In this document: positions 13,423 through 28,114 of the stretch, one piece after another
How the letters are laid out: each line of letters starts with the position of its first letter
Position numbering within the stretch: the first letter of the stretch is position 1
NCBI RefSeq assembly: GCF_009914755.1
Contig: NC_060942.1
From: the human T2T-CHM13v2.0 reference genome, Homo sapiens
Strand: one strand, 5' to 3'
DNA: 64,000 nucleotides
Made by a program: the position numbers and the translations under genes
Notes under the pieces: generated by a model
Told to the model about the DNA's origin: nothing
The model's input: the letters and a program-made list of their open reading frames with translations, nothing else
The model's database searches: none

Positions 13423-14563
13423 GTTTTCTTTCCAAATTTCCTCTTAACAAAGTCTAAAGAATAATCACTGTTTCTTGCCTCTATGATTTTTTTTGACCTC
13501 CTCTGAACCCCACACATTGACGAAGTGCCAGCCATAGCAATAGTTTCAGACCCGTGGAGTCAGCTGTGCTGTTGCCAACCTCCATCACCTGTCCGCCTTT
13601 ATCCTGGGCTCTGTTCCTGTGGATTTGAACAAATAGATGAGCGGCATCGGAAGAAAGCTTTAGCTGCATGTGTTTGGGTGACCACGAGAGGGCAGCACGT
13701 AAGAGACCAGTGTCGGCCCCGCTGCCTTCTTGAACACACCGGAAGCCTCCTAGGAAAACTGCAGATTTTGTCAGACTGTGAAGTAGAAGAGTCAAAGAGC
13801 CTTCATTGCTTCCTTTTAAATGACCAGCCTACTAAGGAATTTAGAATGCCCAAGTAAGGTTTTCACTTAATCCTTTAAGAAATACATCTAATATTTCTAA
13901 TCTAATCTATCATTTTCAATGGAAAACAGTATTTTTTTTTTCAGTGATTCTCACTGCTTTCTTTCTGAGGAACTTGAAATGAATCTTATGTTTTATTTAT
14001 TTTTCAATTTCTAAGGTAAGGACTGCTGGTCAGACTGGACTTCAAAATTCCTGGATCCTTAAGACCCAATGCATCAGACAAATGTCCTGCTGGATCCTCC
14101 CACCGTCAGCTAAGGGACAGTGCTAGCTCTCTGGTGAGGGAGATCCGTGTGGAGGTCTCTGGCATTCCTGGGTCAGTGGATGGCTGGGAGAACTGCTCAG
14201 CTCCAGGTTCCAGGGCCTCTGATCAAAGCCAACCCTGGGGGCCAGCCAGAGATATCGCAAACCTAAGGACTAACGTGGAATCTACACCTGCCTTGGGAGT
14301 AAAGAACAAGCAGGGTGCTTTCCGGGATGGCTTTGGGATGAGATGCCCAAGACTTAGTGCCCCTGGCATTGCTCAGCTCTCAAGCTGACTTCCACAGCAC
14401 CCCCATGGAAGCTTCATTGGTGCATCTTTGGGTCTTGAATGCAGTGCTACAATATTGACGAGGAAAGTCTCCTTGGAACCACAGGAAGACAAAAGTGCAG
14501 AGTGATTTGCTGGCCTTGGCTAGGACAGGGTCCAGGGTGCAGCCAAGGGAGGGTGATCTAAGC

Positions 14564-14742
14564 CAGCCATTCTCCTAGTGTGGCTCCTGGACCATGCGCA
14601 ACAGCATCACCTGGGAGCTTGTTAGAAACACTGGTTCTCAGTTCCCATGCAGACGTCTTGCATCAGAAAATCTGGGGCTGGGGCCCAGCACTCAGTGTCT
14701 CCAAAGGCCCTGAGATCATTCTATTCAAGTTTGGGAACCAGC
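14564..14742. mobile_element. MER5A (hAT-Charlie)
   Basis: CAGCATCACCTGGGAGCTTGTTAGAAA...CTGGGGCTGGGGCCCAGCA...AAGTTTGGGAACCA. Confidence 0.8.
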
Positions 14743-15709
14743 AACACAGCATTTAAGTGGAAATGTTTATAGTTGCAAAGCCAGGTGAAGCTTGAAATGC
14801 ATCATAGAGGAAATGAGGACAAGAATGTAGAAAAAGAGTAAAAACAGAGAGGAAAAAAATTTACAAGCCATCATAGAGTGAAAGAGCTTCCCCTGCTGCC
14901 TGGGGGTGTGGGAAATGAGAGTTGCACCTGCTCACAAGTATGACCAGCAATTTAATATCTATCTAGAGCTTTCAACCCTGCCATGTCAAATTTATTTAGC
15001 TAAAAACAACTCTTGTGGTGGTGACCTTTTATTCAGCTAATATTACTCCCCTCAATGCCTCCAAAGCACACAGAGAAATTGGAGGGCTGATGAAAATCTT
15101 TAAAGTCTACTAAATACTAAAGCCTTCCCAAACACTGTGTACTTTTCAGAGAGAGTTTCTTTTTATTGGAATTTCAGATTATTGAAAGGTTATCTGTCTC
15201 CTGTTCCTAGAGGGATTAAAATAAAACAAAAGCAAGAAGAACACATTGTGATGTGTGCTTTCCTCGCTGAACTGGTGGTGCTTATCTGACTGCAGTGATG
15301 GGCAGCCAGTGGGAAGATGCCAAAGTCCTTCCAGAGAATTTCCCCAGGAACTTGGGAGGCTGAATCACCAGAATGAGAAAGTTCTCTGGCATTCTGGGGA
15401 TGCATTTCCTTCCACATTGCTGCATCCCTGTATGCTGGAGTTGCATGTGACTGCCCCATGCCTCAGTTTCCTTTTCTGGAAAATGACAGCTTCAGGCTCT
15501 TCATGCTTCTGGCAGCCATGATTCCCCTCTGCCTAGCTCTATTCTTTTTCTCTCATTACCTTCCTGGCTCTTTTCTGTGTTACATCGCCATTCCTTGGGT
15601 TTCTTTTCTCTGATCTATATATTTTGTTCTGTTTCATAATTTTACATTAATTTTTATTTAATGCCACAAGCCGCTTACCTGCTTTGAGCTCCACAAAACC
15701 TATACTTTG

Positions 15710-16020
15710 AGGTAGAGTAGAATTGGAAGTTAGAAAACCAGATTCTGAATCTTTAAGCAAATCACTTTAGTTGAACCTCAGTTTTCCTACCTGTAAAGTG
15801 CTTGCCATGTGCCAAACAGAATTGTTTCATTTAATACACAAAACTCATAGAAATAGATACTAAACAATCTTTCCAAGTAGATATTGTTAGTATCCCATTT
15901 TATAGTTGAGAAAAATGAGGCTCAGAGGGGTTGAGTTCCCCAAGATCACACAGCTCATAAATGGCAGAGCTGAGATTTCAATCAGGCAGTCTGACCCCAG
16001 AGGCTGCACCCTGACTACTT
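15710..16020. mobile_element. MIR fragments (both orientations)
   Basis: GAACCTCAGTTTTCCTACCTGTAAAGTG and CCCATTTTATAGTTGAGAAAAATGAGGCTCAGAG. Confidence 0.7.
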
Positions 16021-16552
16021 ATTATTAACAGTGTCTGTCCCTGCCTTGCAGTTTCGTTACAGAAGGAATTGAGACAACATCTGCAAGAACCTTTTGAAAA
16101 ACGACCACTATGCAAAGGGAAGGAAGCGTGCTATACTTTTCCATTCATAGTGGAAGTAGAGGACCCCCACTTTTCATGATCCCTGTTCAGTCATAGCTTT
16201 TGTTCAAGTTGTCTGGTCGAGTTGTTTAAAGACAGTGGGCAAATAAAAGGGAACAAAATGCAGAACAATTTTAAGAGTCGGAAGCACAAAATCATGACAG
16301 AAACAAGATGAGCCTGAAGTGGAGGCTGGTAAGGCCCGGGAGATGGAATAGGCCCCCCTTTCTTACTGTAGTCACAGACATCCTCTTCCTAAACCCCAGA
16401 ATAACAACTCAGCAACTGCTATGATGCTGTTGGCACTGATTGGAATCCAACCCCAGGGCTTTGCCTCAGCAACTGGAGTTTTTTCTTCTACTTATAATTA
16501 ACTCTTCTTCTCCATTCTCACCTCTGTTCTCACTCTCTAATTCCCTCCTCTG

Positions 16553-16683
16553 TTTTTTAGAGATAGGGTCTTGCTCTGTTGTCCAGGCTGGAGGGCAGTA
16601 GTGCCATCATAGCTCACTACAGTCTCTAACTCCTGGCTGCAAGCTGGGAGGATTGTTACAGGCCTGAGCCACCGTGCCTGGCT
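16553..16683 (-). mobile_element. Alu monomer (FLAM-like) with an internal micro-inversion
   Basis: Monomer ends recognisable; TSD-like CCCTCCTC on both flanks. Confidence 0.8.
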
Positions 16684-16715
16684 CCCCTCCTCGATCTTCT
16701 CTCTTTATACCCCCT

Positions 16716-16860
16716 TGTGAGAGAGACTGCTGTGTGTTCCCCAACATCTGTCTTCTCCTTTCATAATAGCAGACTGTAGCTAGGCACATGGTTGCCCAGC
16801 TGAACGCCATTTCCCAGCCTCCCTTGCAGGCATAGCCATGTGACTTCATATTCCCTGACT
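16716..16860 (+). mobile_element. LTR33-like (ERVL) 5' fragment
   Basis: TAGCTAGGCACATGGTTGCCCAGC...CATTTCCCAGCCTCCCTTGCAG. Confidence 0.65.
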
Positions 16861-17121
16861 CAACAGTTAGAGACATGTGTTTACTTATATATAATCTAGT
16901 TCACCTGACAGCTGGCTGTGTGATGTGGGCAGAGATGTGCTGGCCACACTTGATCTCAGTATCGCTGAATTCATCTGCTCTCGCTCACTCTGCTCCTCCC
17001 AATTCAGGTGTAGTCTGGCTCTGAAAGAATGCAGCTTGCCAGTGTTTCTTTCTCTGGCCATCTAGCTTACTCATATTACTTTGATATCATGCTTTGTTAA
17101 AGCACAAAAATGCTCTCCCTG

Positions 17122-17444
<323 letters not shown>

Positions 17445-17613
17445 CTAATTCTCTGACCCCTAGACTGTCAGGGAGCTGAGCCTGGAATTTGGAGGCGGGC
17501 AGAGAGAAATGCGATTTCTTTTCATCCCATAGTAGAAATGACTCTAATCAACAGCTAATCATCACTATCTAATGGGGTCTGCTCTGATCTGCCACAACAA
17601 AAAGAGAACTCAT

Positions 17614-17690
17614 TGAGGTTGCAATGAGCTATGATCGTGCCACTGCACTCCAAGCCTGGGTGACAGGGCAAGAGCCCGTCTCTTAAAAAA
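17614..17690 (+). mobile_element. Alu 3' fragment (AluJ/FRAM-like)
   Basis: GAGGTTGCAATGAGCTATGATCGTGCCACTGCACTCC...GTCTCTTAAAAAAA. Confidence 0.8.
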
Positions 17691-17829
17691 AGAGAGAAAA
17701 CCTATACTTGCTGCTGTGAACAAGGAGAGAGAGTTTGATTAAGCAGGATGGACATTTTCCAGATGGGCTGCAAGGGGGTAATGCTTTTTTCAGGTGTAAA
17801 AGTGAGTTTATTAATGAGTTAACATGGAT

Positions 17830-18050
17830 TGAGGACTTACCATGTACCTGATGAGGTACTAAACCCTTTAGATGGGTTATTTAACTTAATCCATCCCAAA
17901 GTCTCTACTACTATTTCCATACTATAGTTGAAAAAAGTGAGACTCAGAGAGGTTGAGTCACTTGTTCAAGGTCACACAGCTAGTAACTGACAGAGAAGGG
18001 TTTGAACCAAGGCCAGCTGATTCCCTGGCCTCTGCCCTTAATCAGCACTC
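17830..18050 (-). mobile_element. MIR
   Basis: GAGACTCAGAGAGGTTGAGTCACTTGTTCAAGGTCACACAGCTAGTAA. Confidence 0.8.
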
Positions 18051-18521
18051 TGATGAAGACTACGTGGCAGTCCTTGGGATGGGAGATTCCAGATCATAGG
18101 AACAGAGATGCTCAAGGAAGCTTTGCAATGACCAGAGGCTGTGGCCCTTCAGGCACCTCCTTGCCACTTGCCTTTGTCCTCTTCTGATACCTGCCCTTTG
18201 GCTACAGGGTAGGATCCTCCCTCACGTTCTTCATTGGTGGGCTCACTGGGCTCTCCCAGCCTTTCCAGCCTGATCCTCTAATTGGTATCTCATGTAGAGG
18301 GCTCTGTGCTGGTGACTAGTGGGTGATGAGAGCTCTGGCACCTGTTTGGCCAGTAGACAAATGCTACAAGTCCTTGTACTCTCCTTTCCCTGCAACCTCT
18401 CTAAGGGGTGGAGGCGGGGGGGTTCAGGAAGGGGCAGGAGCTTTCCATGCTGTAGGCCCAGGGACTTCCCCTCAGCTCAGGCCTGGGACCTCTGGCCACA
18501 GTTCCTGGGCCAGGGGACTTA

Positions 18522-19061
<540 letters not shown>

Positions 19062-19169
19062 TTATGTGCTCTTTAACCCCTTTCAACACTTAGAATCTAC
19101 CTAATTCATGAAGTGGCACCAGCTTATTTGACTTGTCCTTTTCTTTCATCTGTATACAGCAATGTCTTG

Positions 19170-20244
<1,075 letters not shown>

Positions 20245-21691
20245 TAAAACTTTAGGTTTCTAATAAAGCACTTCTAAGGGCTCTTTGAGACAATATTTTC
20301 CACTGTGAATGAGGAGGTATATGAAAGAAACTCTCTTAAAACACAGTGAAACTGCTGTCGACAAGACAGCTGCCTCTCGGCATTAAAATGCAAAATTGGC
20401 CAGGGAGAGCACCATTCCCTTTGCTATGTGAGATGACACCGCCATCTTGGGCATGGCAACTGAGTGCACTTCCATCCTTGAAGTCTATTATTTTTGCAAT
20501 GAGTTTCAAAACAGGCAGAAGAAACAGCTGCTCTGGTGTGAATTTGCTCCCTCCCCGTCACTCTGGCTCCAATTATCTGCTCAGAGACACCAGAAGGAAA
20601 ACACTTTGCTCTTCCTCCCACATAGACAGAGCTTGTCCTCCTTTCAGATCAACTAAGGGGCAGTTTGCAGCAGGGTTCTGCAGAGGGAGACATTCTTGTT
20701 TGGCCTCACAATCTCTCCTAGTCTTATGCAGATTTCTGACAGTCTGTTATTTGTGTGGTCTTTGAAGACATGGTGGCCCTGCAGCTGAATGGCGCTGGGC
20801 AGGCCTGTGGCATGGAATAACCAGAGGGCCATGGAGGGGCAACTTTTACAGCCACCCCTCAATGTTGGCCAAATGTGACTCAGCCTGATGCACTGCAAGG
20901 TGAGTCTGAGGATCACATGCAAAGGACAAGCTGCCACTCTGTTGTGTTTTTGATTGGAAGGGTTGGTGTGTGACTTGTCTTTTGAGGGTAGTGACATTTC
21001 CTTTTCTTTGTCCTGTTCAGCATATCATGGGGACTATGAACTTTCTGTTCTTGCCACTGACATTCCCCTTTCTAAAAATCCAATCAAATAACTATACAGG
21101 TCTAAGGAGAGATGATGAGGAGATGATGGGTCTCCGTGAATGGCACAGAGGCCACATTCAGAGTAAAGCTGGGCATTCACTTGGGCATAGGAGGCCACTT
21201 CCAATACCACTCATGTCGCCTGACTCAACATCAAGGAATGTAGGGACCAAAGTAAAGAGTGATGTCCCCAACCTGCCTTCATCCCAACCTTTGCCCTGTC
21301 TTCATGTCCGGGCAGGTGCAGCCACCCAGCTCCTCTTTTGATTGTCTTCCCGTCCCTGAGACAGAGTTATGGAAAAGATCCTCTGATGGTTTAAATGTAT
21401 GCCTTAGGGTCAAGGGCTTCTTGTTTTTCGCTTTTCGCTTTCAGGGTCGTTTTTCTTTTCCACAACAGTGCACATGATATTGCATTGGGGCTGTGTCCAG
21501 CCTTCTCCCCTGGTTTCTTGACTTGCTCCTCTTGGATCTTTAGAGAAGGCTGGCTGGATTCTTGCTTGTCTGGGATTCCTGCTGTTTTTCAGATTCCTGG
21601 TTGCCCTACCTTCCTCTCCAATGTCCATGTTCTTCTGGAGGTTCTGTCTCTCAACTGCCTGCTTGGCTTGCTTCAAACCCTCTCACTTCCT

Positions 21692-21808
21692 TGGAGTCCT
21701 GGTTGCTAATCTGGTTTTCATCATCCCATCCCTCAGAAGAGTCACTCTGGAATGTTTATACTGAGCAGGGATATTGAAGCTAGGGACAGGGACCCGTGCT
21801 GATGTCAG
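21692..21808 (+). repeat. Copy 1 of a 117-bp local direct duplication
   Basis: Aligns to 23886-24001 with 11 mismatches and 1 gap (manual alignment). Confidence 0.9.
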
Positions 21809-22809
21809 CCCTGGGCAGATGGATTGAAGGAGAGCAGAGCATGAGTATGGAAGGGCCTGGATCAGTAGCAGAGTGCCAGTAGTCAATGGTAAAATCTGAG
21901 CCAAATAAATGGCAAAATCCCAAGAAAACCCAAGACCAAGATAGCTGCGGCTGGTGTGGATATAAGTAAGAAACCATGTGTATTGAATCTGGCTGAAGTT
22001 AGATTCTGAAGGCACAGGGTGGTGTTTGAAGCTTGGCTTCTGGCATGCTGACCTCTTGAGCGATAATTGCCCATAATTCTGGACCATTCCATGAGCTCCT
22101 GAAGACTACATCTGCCCTGGCTTTCTCTTCCCAGGGCTCTTTTGGGGCCTGCCTTACCTTGGTCATCACTGAAAAAGGCATTGGATTTATATTACCTGAG
22201 GTTGGCCTTATCCATGCAAATAATTTAGCTAGGTTGTGTTAGAACTGGATTGCCTCTTCCTGGAGCATCTTTGGGGTTACGTGGATGCTTTGAGCAGGAA
22301 AATCTTTGAATCACAAAAGTTTATTAACATGATTTAGCCAATCAAAGAGGAAAATCCTTAGTTCCCTGGGGCTTCTGCACACAACTTTCGAGGAGCAGGT
22401 GTCACCTGAGTGTATCACCCAGCTCTTAGGTGCATCTCTCAAACATCTACCTTTGTGATGTAGTCACAAGAAATGGATAGCAGTATTGAAGGTTTCCTGA
22501 AATAATAGAGAAGAAGAAATTAATCAAATTCCCCATTAGAGCATCTCAGTTCCTTCCTCCTAAGTCCCTCTCCTCATCTTTCCTCCTTCTATTTGTATGT
22601 AGGGCATCTATGAATTCTCTATTTTGCCCCAAGTAACTCCTCTTTTTGCTTCCTAACTTGCCCCTTGAGAGTTTTAATTTGCCCATACTTGCTTTCAGCT
22701 CCAACTAGGAATTGTTAGAAGCAGAGCCCAGCTGACCTCAGCTGGACCCCCTGTCCTGGCTTCTTCAACCCTTGTTCTGTGAGCCACTGCTGCATAACTC
22801 AGTGGCCCT

Positions 22810-23260
22810 CTGAGCTTCTCTCTGCTCCAAGTGGTGTCTGCTGGGACAGGTTCAGGGTGGCATCTTCACCCCATGTCCAGTGCCCCAGCAAGGATGGCTC
22901 AAATGGCTGGAGGTGGCTGGAATGGCTCTCTTGAGGTCATGTCTTTGGGACCTCAGTTCTTCCCACTGGCCTGGGTTCTTTGGTTCTTCTGCAGGTAGTC
23001 TCAGGGCTTGTGCTCTCCATGTGGCCTCTCCAGCAGGAGGTTCAGATTCTAACGTGGTAGCACAGGGCTCTCAGGTACACAGAAGTGGAGGCTGCCAAGT
23101 CCTCCTAAGGCTTAGGCTCCCAACCACACAGCGTCCCTTCTGCCACTTCGTTGGTTCAAGCCGACTAGTCACAGGCCCAGCTGACACTGAAGTGGAGGGA
23201 ACCAAGCAAGGTATGAATCAGGAGGTATGGTTCACTGGACTCACAAACCCAGTAGCCCAC
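22810..23260 (-). mobile_element. Old MLT1 (F/G/H-like) LTR
   Basis: CTCTCCATGTGGCCTCTCCAGCA...GAAGTGGAGGCTGCCAAG...CTTCTGCCAC...AGTCACAGGCCCAG. Confidence 0.6.
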
Positions 23261-23885
23261 CACGCCCAGGACCCACTGCTGAGCAGTGAAATCCCTAGGC
23301 CTTGTGTTTCGTTCAGATTCTGACTTCTTTTGATTTTGTTCGGTTTCTTTTTGCTCAATTTCCTGTTCTCTATTTCCTGATACTTATGGCTAAATTAAAC
23401 CAGAAATCCCAAAACTTTGCTTAGTTTATGGATATGGTGCAGACTCACAAGAATTTTGATCTTTCATGACACATTTATATTGATTTTGTGGTGGAATAAG
23501 GTATAATAAATGATATCGGCTATATGGGTCTCCTTCTGGCCTGTAAATCCATGTGAAGCAATGGATTTAGTGGCTTTTGGGATCAATACAACATGGAATT
23601 GACAAATAGTGGAGAAGAGGTATGCATGTGGAGTGAATTCTTCTCATATTTCTGATCACAGAGCCTGGCAAGACAGAATGTTCCATTCTTGTTCACAGTA
23701 TACACTTTACAGCGGGCTTTTACATAAATTCTTTTGCTTGCTCTTCCATAGAGCAGAGGGGGATGGTAGAATTATCCCTCTTCATACAGGAGGATCCTGA
23801 AGCTCAAAGTCACCCTGCTGGTCAGAACCAGAGCTGGTTGGGACTGGCTCCTGCTCTTCTGATCTTGTGTCAGACTCTGTAGTCC

Positions 23886-24001
23886 TGGAGTCCTGGTTGT
23901 TAATTTAGTTTTGATCATCCCATCACTCAGAAGAGTCATTCTGGAATGTTATACTGAGCAGGAATATTGAAGCGAGGGACAGGGACAAGTGCTAATGTCA
24001 G
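23886..24001 (+). repeat. Copy 2 of the 117-bp local direct duplication
   Basis: See 21692-21808; preceded by tandem AGTCCTGG AGTCCTGG. Confidence 0.9.
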
Positions 24002-24323
24002 AAAAGTGCTGCTTTTGTTAGATCAGTACTTCTTAGATCAGTGGTTTGTTTTGTTTGTGTTTAAGCAGCAGAACATTTTCTAAAAACAGAAGTAGAATCC
24101 GGTAAGTGAAACCATCATGGGCCAAACTGATCTAGCTACAATAGGGTAACAATCTTGGAGTCTTGTGATTGTTTGAAGAAATATCGAATGTCTTTCATGT
24201 GCTAGGTGCTGTGCAAAACTACCAAATTCACGCCTCAGATGAGCATCGTCTCCTGATTTTAAAGACACCAAGGATATGAGAGGTTGAAAAACCTGTCCAG
24301 ATCACTCACCTGGTTTTCCAAGG

Positions 24324-25042
<719 letters not shown>

Positions 25043-25049
25043 CAAAGTG

Positions 25050-25503
25050 ACTTGTGTTTCCCTCAAAGTTCAAATGTTGACAGCTAACCCCCAATACCTC
25101 AAAATTTGACCATATTTAGAAATAGGGTCATGGCAGATGAAATTCATTAAGATAAGTTCATACTGGAGTAGGGTGGGCCCTATTTCAACACAACTGATGT
25201 CCTTATAAAAGGAAACTTTGGACCCAGAGACCAACATAGACGGACGGGGAATATGATGTGAAGATGAAGGCAGAGATGGGGGGACGCAGCAGAAGCCAAG
25301 GAACACCAAGATCACCAGCCAAGCACCAGAAGCCAGGGGAGAGGCAAGGAACAGAATCTCCCTCGCAGGCCTTGGCAGGAACCACCTCTGCTGACACCTT
25401 GTTCTCAGACTTCCGGTATCCAGAACTGGGAGATAATCCATTTCTGTTGTGTAAGCCCCCAGTTTGTGGCACTTGGTTACAGCAGCCTGAACAGATGAAT
25501 ACA
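25050..25503 (+). mobile_element. MLT1B/C-like LTR
   Basis: TCATACTGGAGTAGGGTGGGCCCT...GTGTAAGCCCCCAGTTTGTGG...GAATACA. Confidence 0.8.
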
Positions 25504-25754
25504 CCTGGCACAGAGAACCAGGAGGCAAATCCAGGCCAGACTGCACGTCCCTCTGCAGACTGCAAGGCCAAGGGGCGCCATCCGCATGCTGGGTGGGAAA
25601 GAGAGAGTCCCCAACAGTGCATCAGAAACATGTGTCTGAGTGTTTGGGAAGAATGGCTGGGAGTGAGGGGTGGCGCTGTGGGTTAATTGGCCCTCAGGGC
25701 TTTGTTTTCTGTCCTTCTGTTTTCCCAGCACAGGCAGTGAGAAGAGGCAGGGAA

Positions 25755-26150
25755 AAGACAAACAGTTGCTGCCAGGTTTGATGACAGGTGCCCAGAAGTG
25801 CAGTGGGCATATGGGGAGGCTCTTCTAAAAGAAGCATGCCCCAGACACACTCCACACGGTTTCTGAACAAACAGGTAATTGAAATATGGTTTCGTCCTGT
25901 CTTCCGCCAGCTGGACTTTGTTTGCTGTTTGCAAAGGCTGGTCTCTATTAACCTGCATGCTTCCATTTGGACACACTCTTCTGGCTAATAGCACTTCAGC
26001 AGGCTTCCTGGAGACAAACAGGCCTAGAATATTGTTGCTTTATTTGCCAGGTAAATAACAGGAAGCCTGTGTGAGGACAAAGCCCTCTAACTGGGAAGGC
26101 AAATAAAGTGATGAAAAATACATGATTTCTCAAATTAAAATAAAGTTCAA
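25755..26150. promoter_or_regulatory. Candidate enhancer: forkhead motif cluster plus HNF4-type site in non-repeat sequence
   Basis: Eight TRTTTRY matches in about 350 bp; TGGACTTTG at 25912-25920; motif evidence only. Confidence 0.4.
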
Positions 26151-26324
26151 CTGATCAGAGGCATTGAGGAAGATCTACTCATCAAATACGGAGAGCATGT
26201 GTGGATTTATATCCTTGCTTCAAGGTCAGGTAGCCTTTCATCATTCAAAGGAAGGTGCCCAAGTCAGTCCAAATACACAGGGAAGAGTCTAAGAGCAAGG
26301 CTACTTACTATCTTAGAATAAAAG

Positions 26325-26624
26325 TTTTTTTTTTTTCTTTTTGAGACAGGGTCTCACTCTGTCACCCAGGCTGGAGTACATTGGTGCATCTTGGCTCACT
26401 GCAACCTCTGCCTCCCAGGCTCGAGCAATTCTCCTGCCTCAGCCTCCCGAATAGCTGGGATTATAAGTGTGTGCCACCATGTCCTGCTAATTTTTGTATT
26501 TTTAGTAGAGACGGGGTTTCACCATGTTGACCACGCTAGTCTCAAACTCCTGACCTCAAATGATCCACCCGCCTCAGCCTCCCAAAGTATTGGGATTACA
26601 GGCATTGAGCCACCGCGCCCGGCC
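26325..26624 (-). mobile_element. AluS
   Basis: Full dimer with poly(T). Confidence 0.92.
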
Positions 26625-27220
26625 CAAGAAGAGTATTTTCTAATAAATTCGACCTTATCCTTGCCCATGGAAGAGAGCAGGACACACAATTTAAAATGTA
26701 GATGATTGTTTTTATATGTAGCTCATTTGATAAAAACAAAACAATAATAACCTACCCTCAAACCATTCCTGAAAGCGGAATATTTTTGGGGGGTAGAAGG
26801 GAGGGGATAGTAAGTGAATAGATGTTTTCGTCTTCAAAATTCCATTTTAAAATTGCCCATCTGGGAAGAAGATTTTTGATGCATATACTTTTGTATGTTT
26901 TGAATTTGAATTTGTGAATATAGAGCTACTTAGAAAGCAAAGCAAATGCCATTAAAACTATTTTTTTTTTAATTGCCTACTTTTCCAAAATATACCACTG
27001 GCTTCTTTCCCCAAACACTCACCCTCCAGGGTTCCTTTCCACCCAAGCTCCCGCTTGTTCTCATCATTCATGTGCACAAGGGGAGTTCATTTTCTTGTCT
27101 ATGCTGACTTATAATAGGTTTCAATTGATTTTGGTATCAGTTGTTTGCTGAACAATTGCAAAAGGCTCTATCCTAAATTAGATGGTTTGATGAAGACGTG
27201 AGACAAGACACAGCCCCTTG

Positions 27221-28037
27221 ATAACAAGCGCTGGTGAGGATGTGGAGAAAAGGGAACCCTTGTACACTGTTGGTGAGAATGTAAATTACTACAACCACTA
27301 TGGAGAACAGTTTGGAGTTTTCTCAAAAAACTAAAAATAGAGCTTCCCTATGACGCAGCCATCCCACTCCTAGGTCTATACCCCACCAAAAGGAAATCAG
27401 TATTTTGAAGAGATATCTGCACTCCTATGCTTGTTGCAGCTCTGTTCACAATAGCTAAGATTCGGAAGCAATCTAGGTGTCCATCAACAGATGAATGAAG
27501 AAAATGTGGTACATATACACAATGGAGTACATTCAGCCATAAAAAAGAATGAGATCTTATCATTTGCAACAACATTCATGGAACTGGAGATCCTTATGTT
27601 AAGTGAAATAAGCCAGGCACAGAAAGACAAACATCGCACGTTCTCACTTATTTGTGGGATCTAAAAATCAAAACAATGTTACTCATGAACATAGAGAGTA
27701 GAAGGATGGTAACTGGAGGCTGAGAAGGGTATGGGGCAAGGGAGGTGAGGAGGGTATGGTTAATGGGTACAAAAAAATAGAAAGCATTAATAAAACCTAC
27801 TACTTGAGAGCACAACAGGTGACTATAGTCAATAATAACTTCATTGTACCTTTTGAAAGAACTAAAGAAGCGCAATTGGATTGTCTGTAATACAAAGGAT
27901 AAAGGATAAATGCTTGAGGGGGTGGATACCCCATTCTCCATGATGTAATTATTATGCATGGCATGCCTGTATCAAAACATCTCATGTACCTCCTAAAAAT
28001 ACACACCTACTATGTACCTAAAATTAAAAAAAAAAAA
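27221..28037 (+). mobile_element. 5'-truncated L1MA (L1MA1-4-like) 3' end
   Basis: ORF2 C-terminal and 3' UTR motifs, poly(A); TSD AAGACACAGCCC(C)TTG at 27205-27220 and 28048-28062. Confidence 0.9.
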
Positions 28038-28114
28038 GGTTTTTAAAAAGACACAGCCCTTGCCTGCAGGATTTATTGAGGCAAGAGTCAGACCTGATAA
28101 CACAAGAAATTTAT

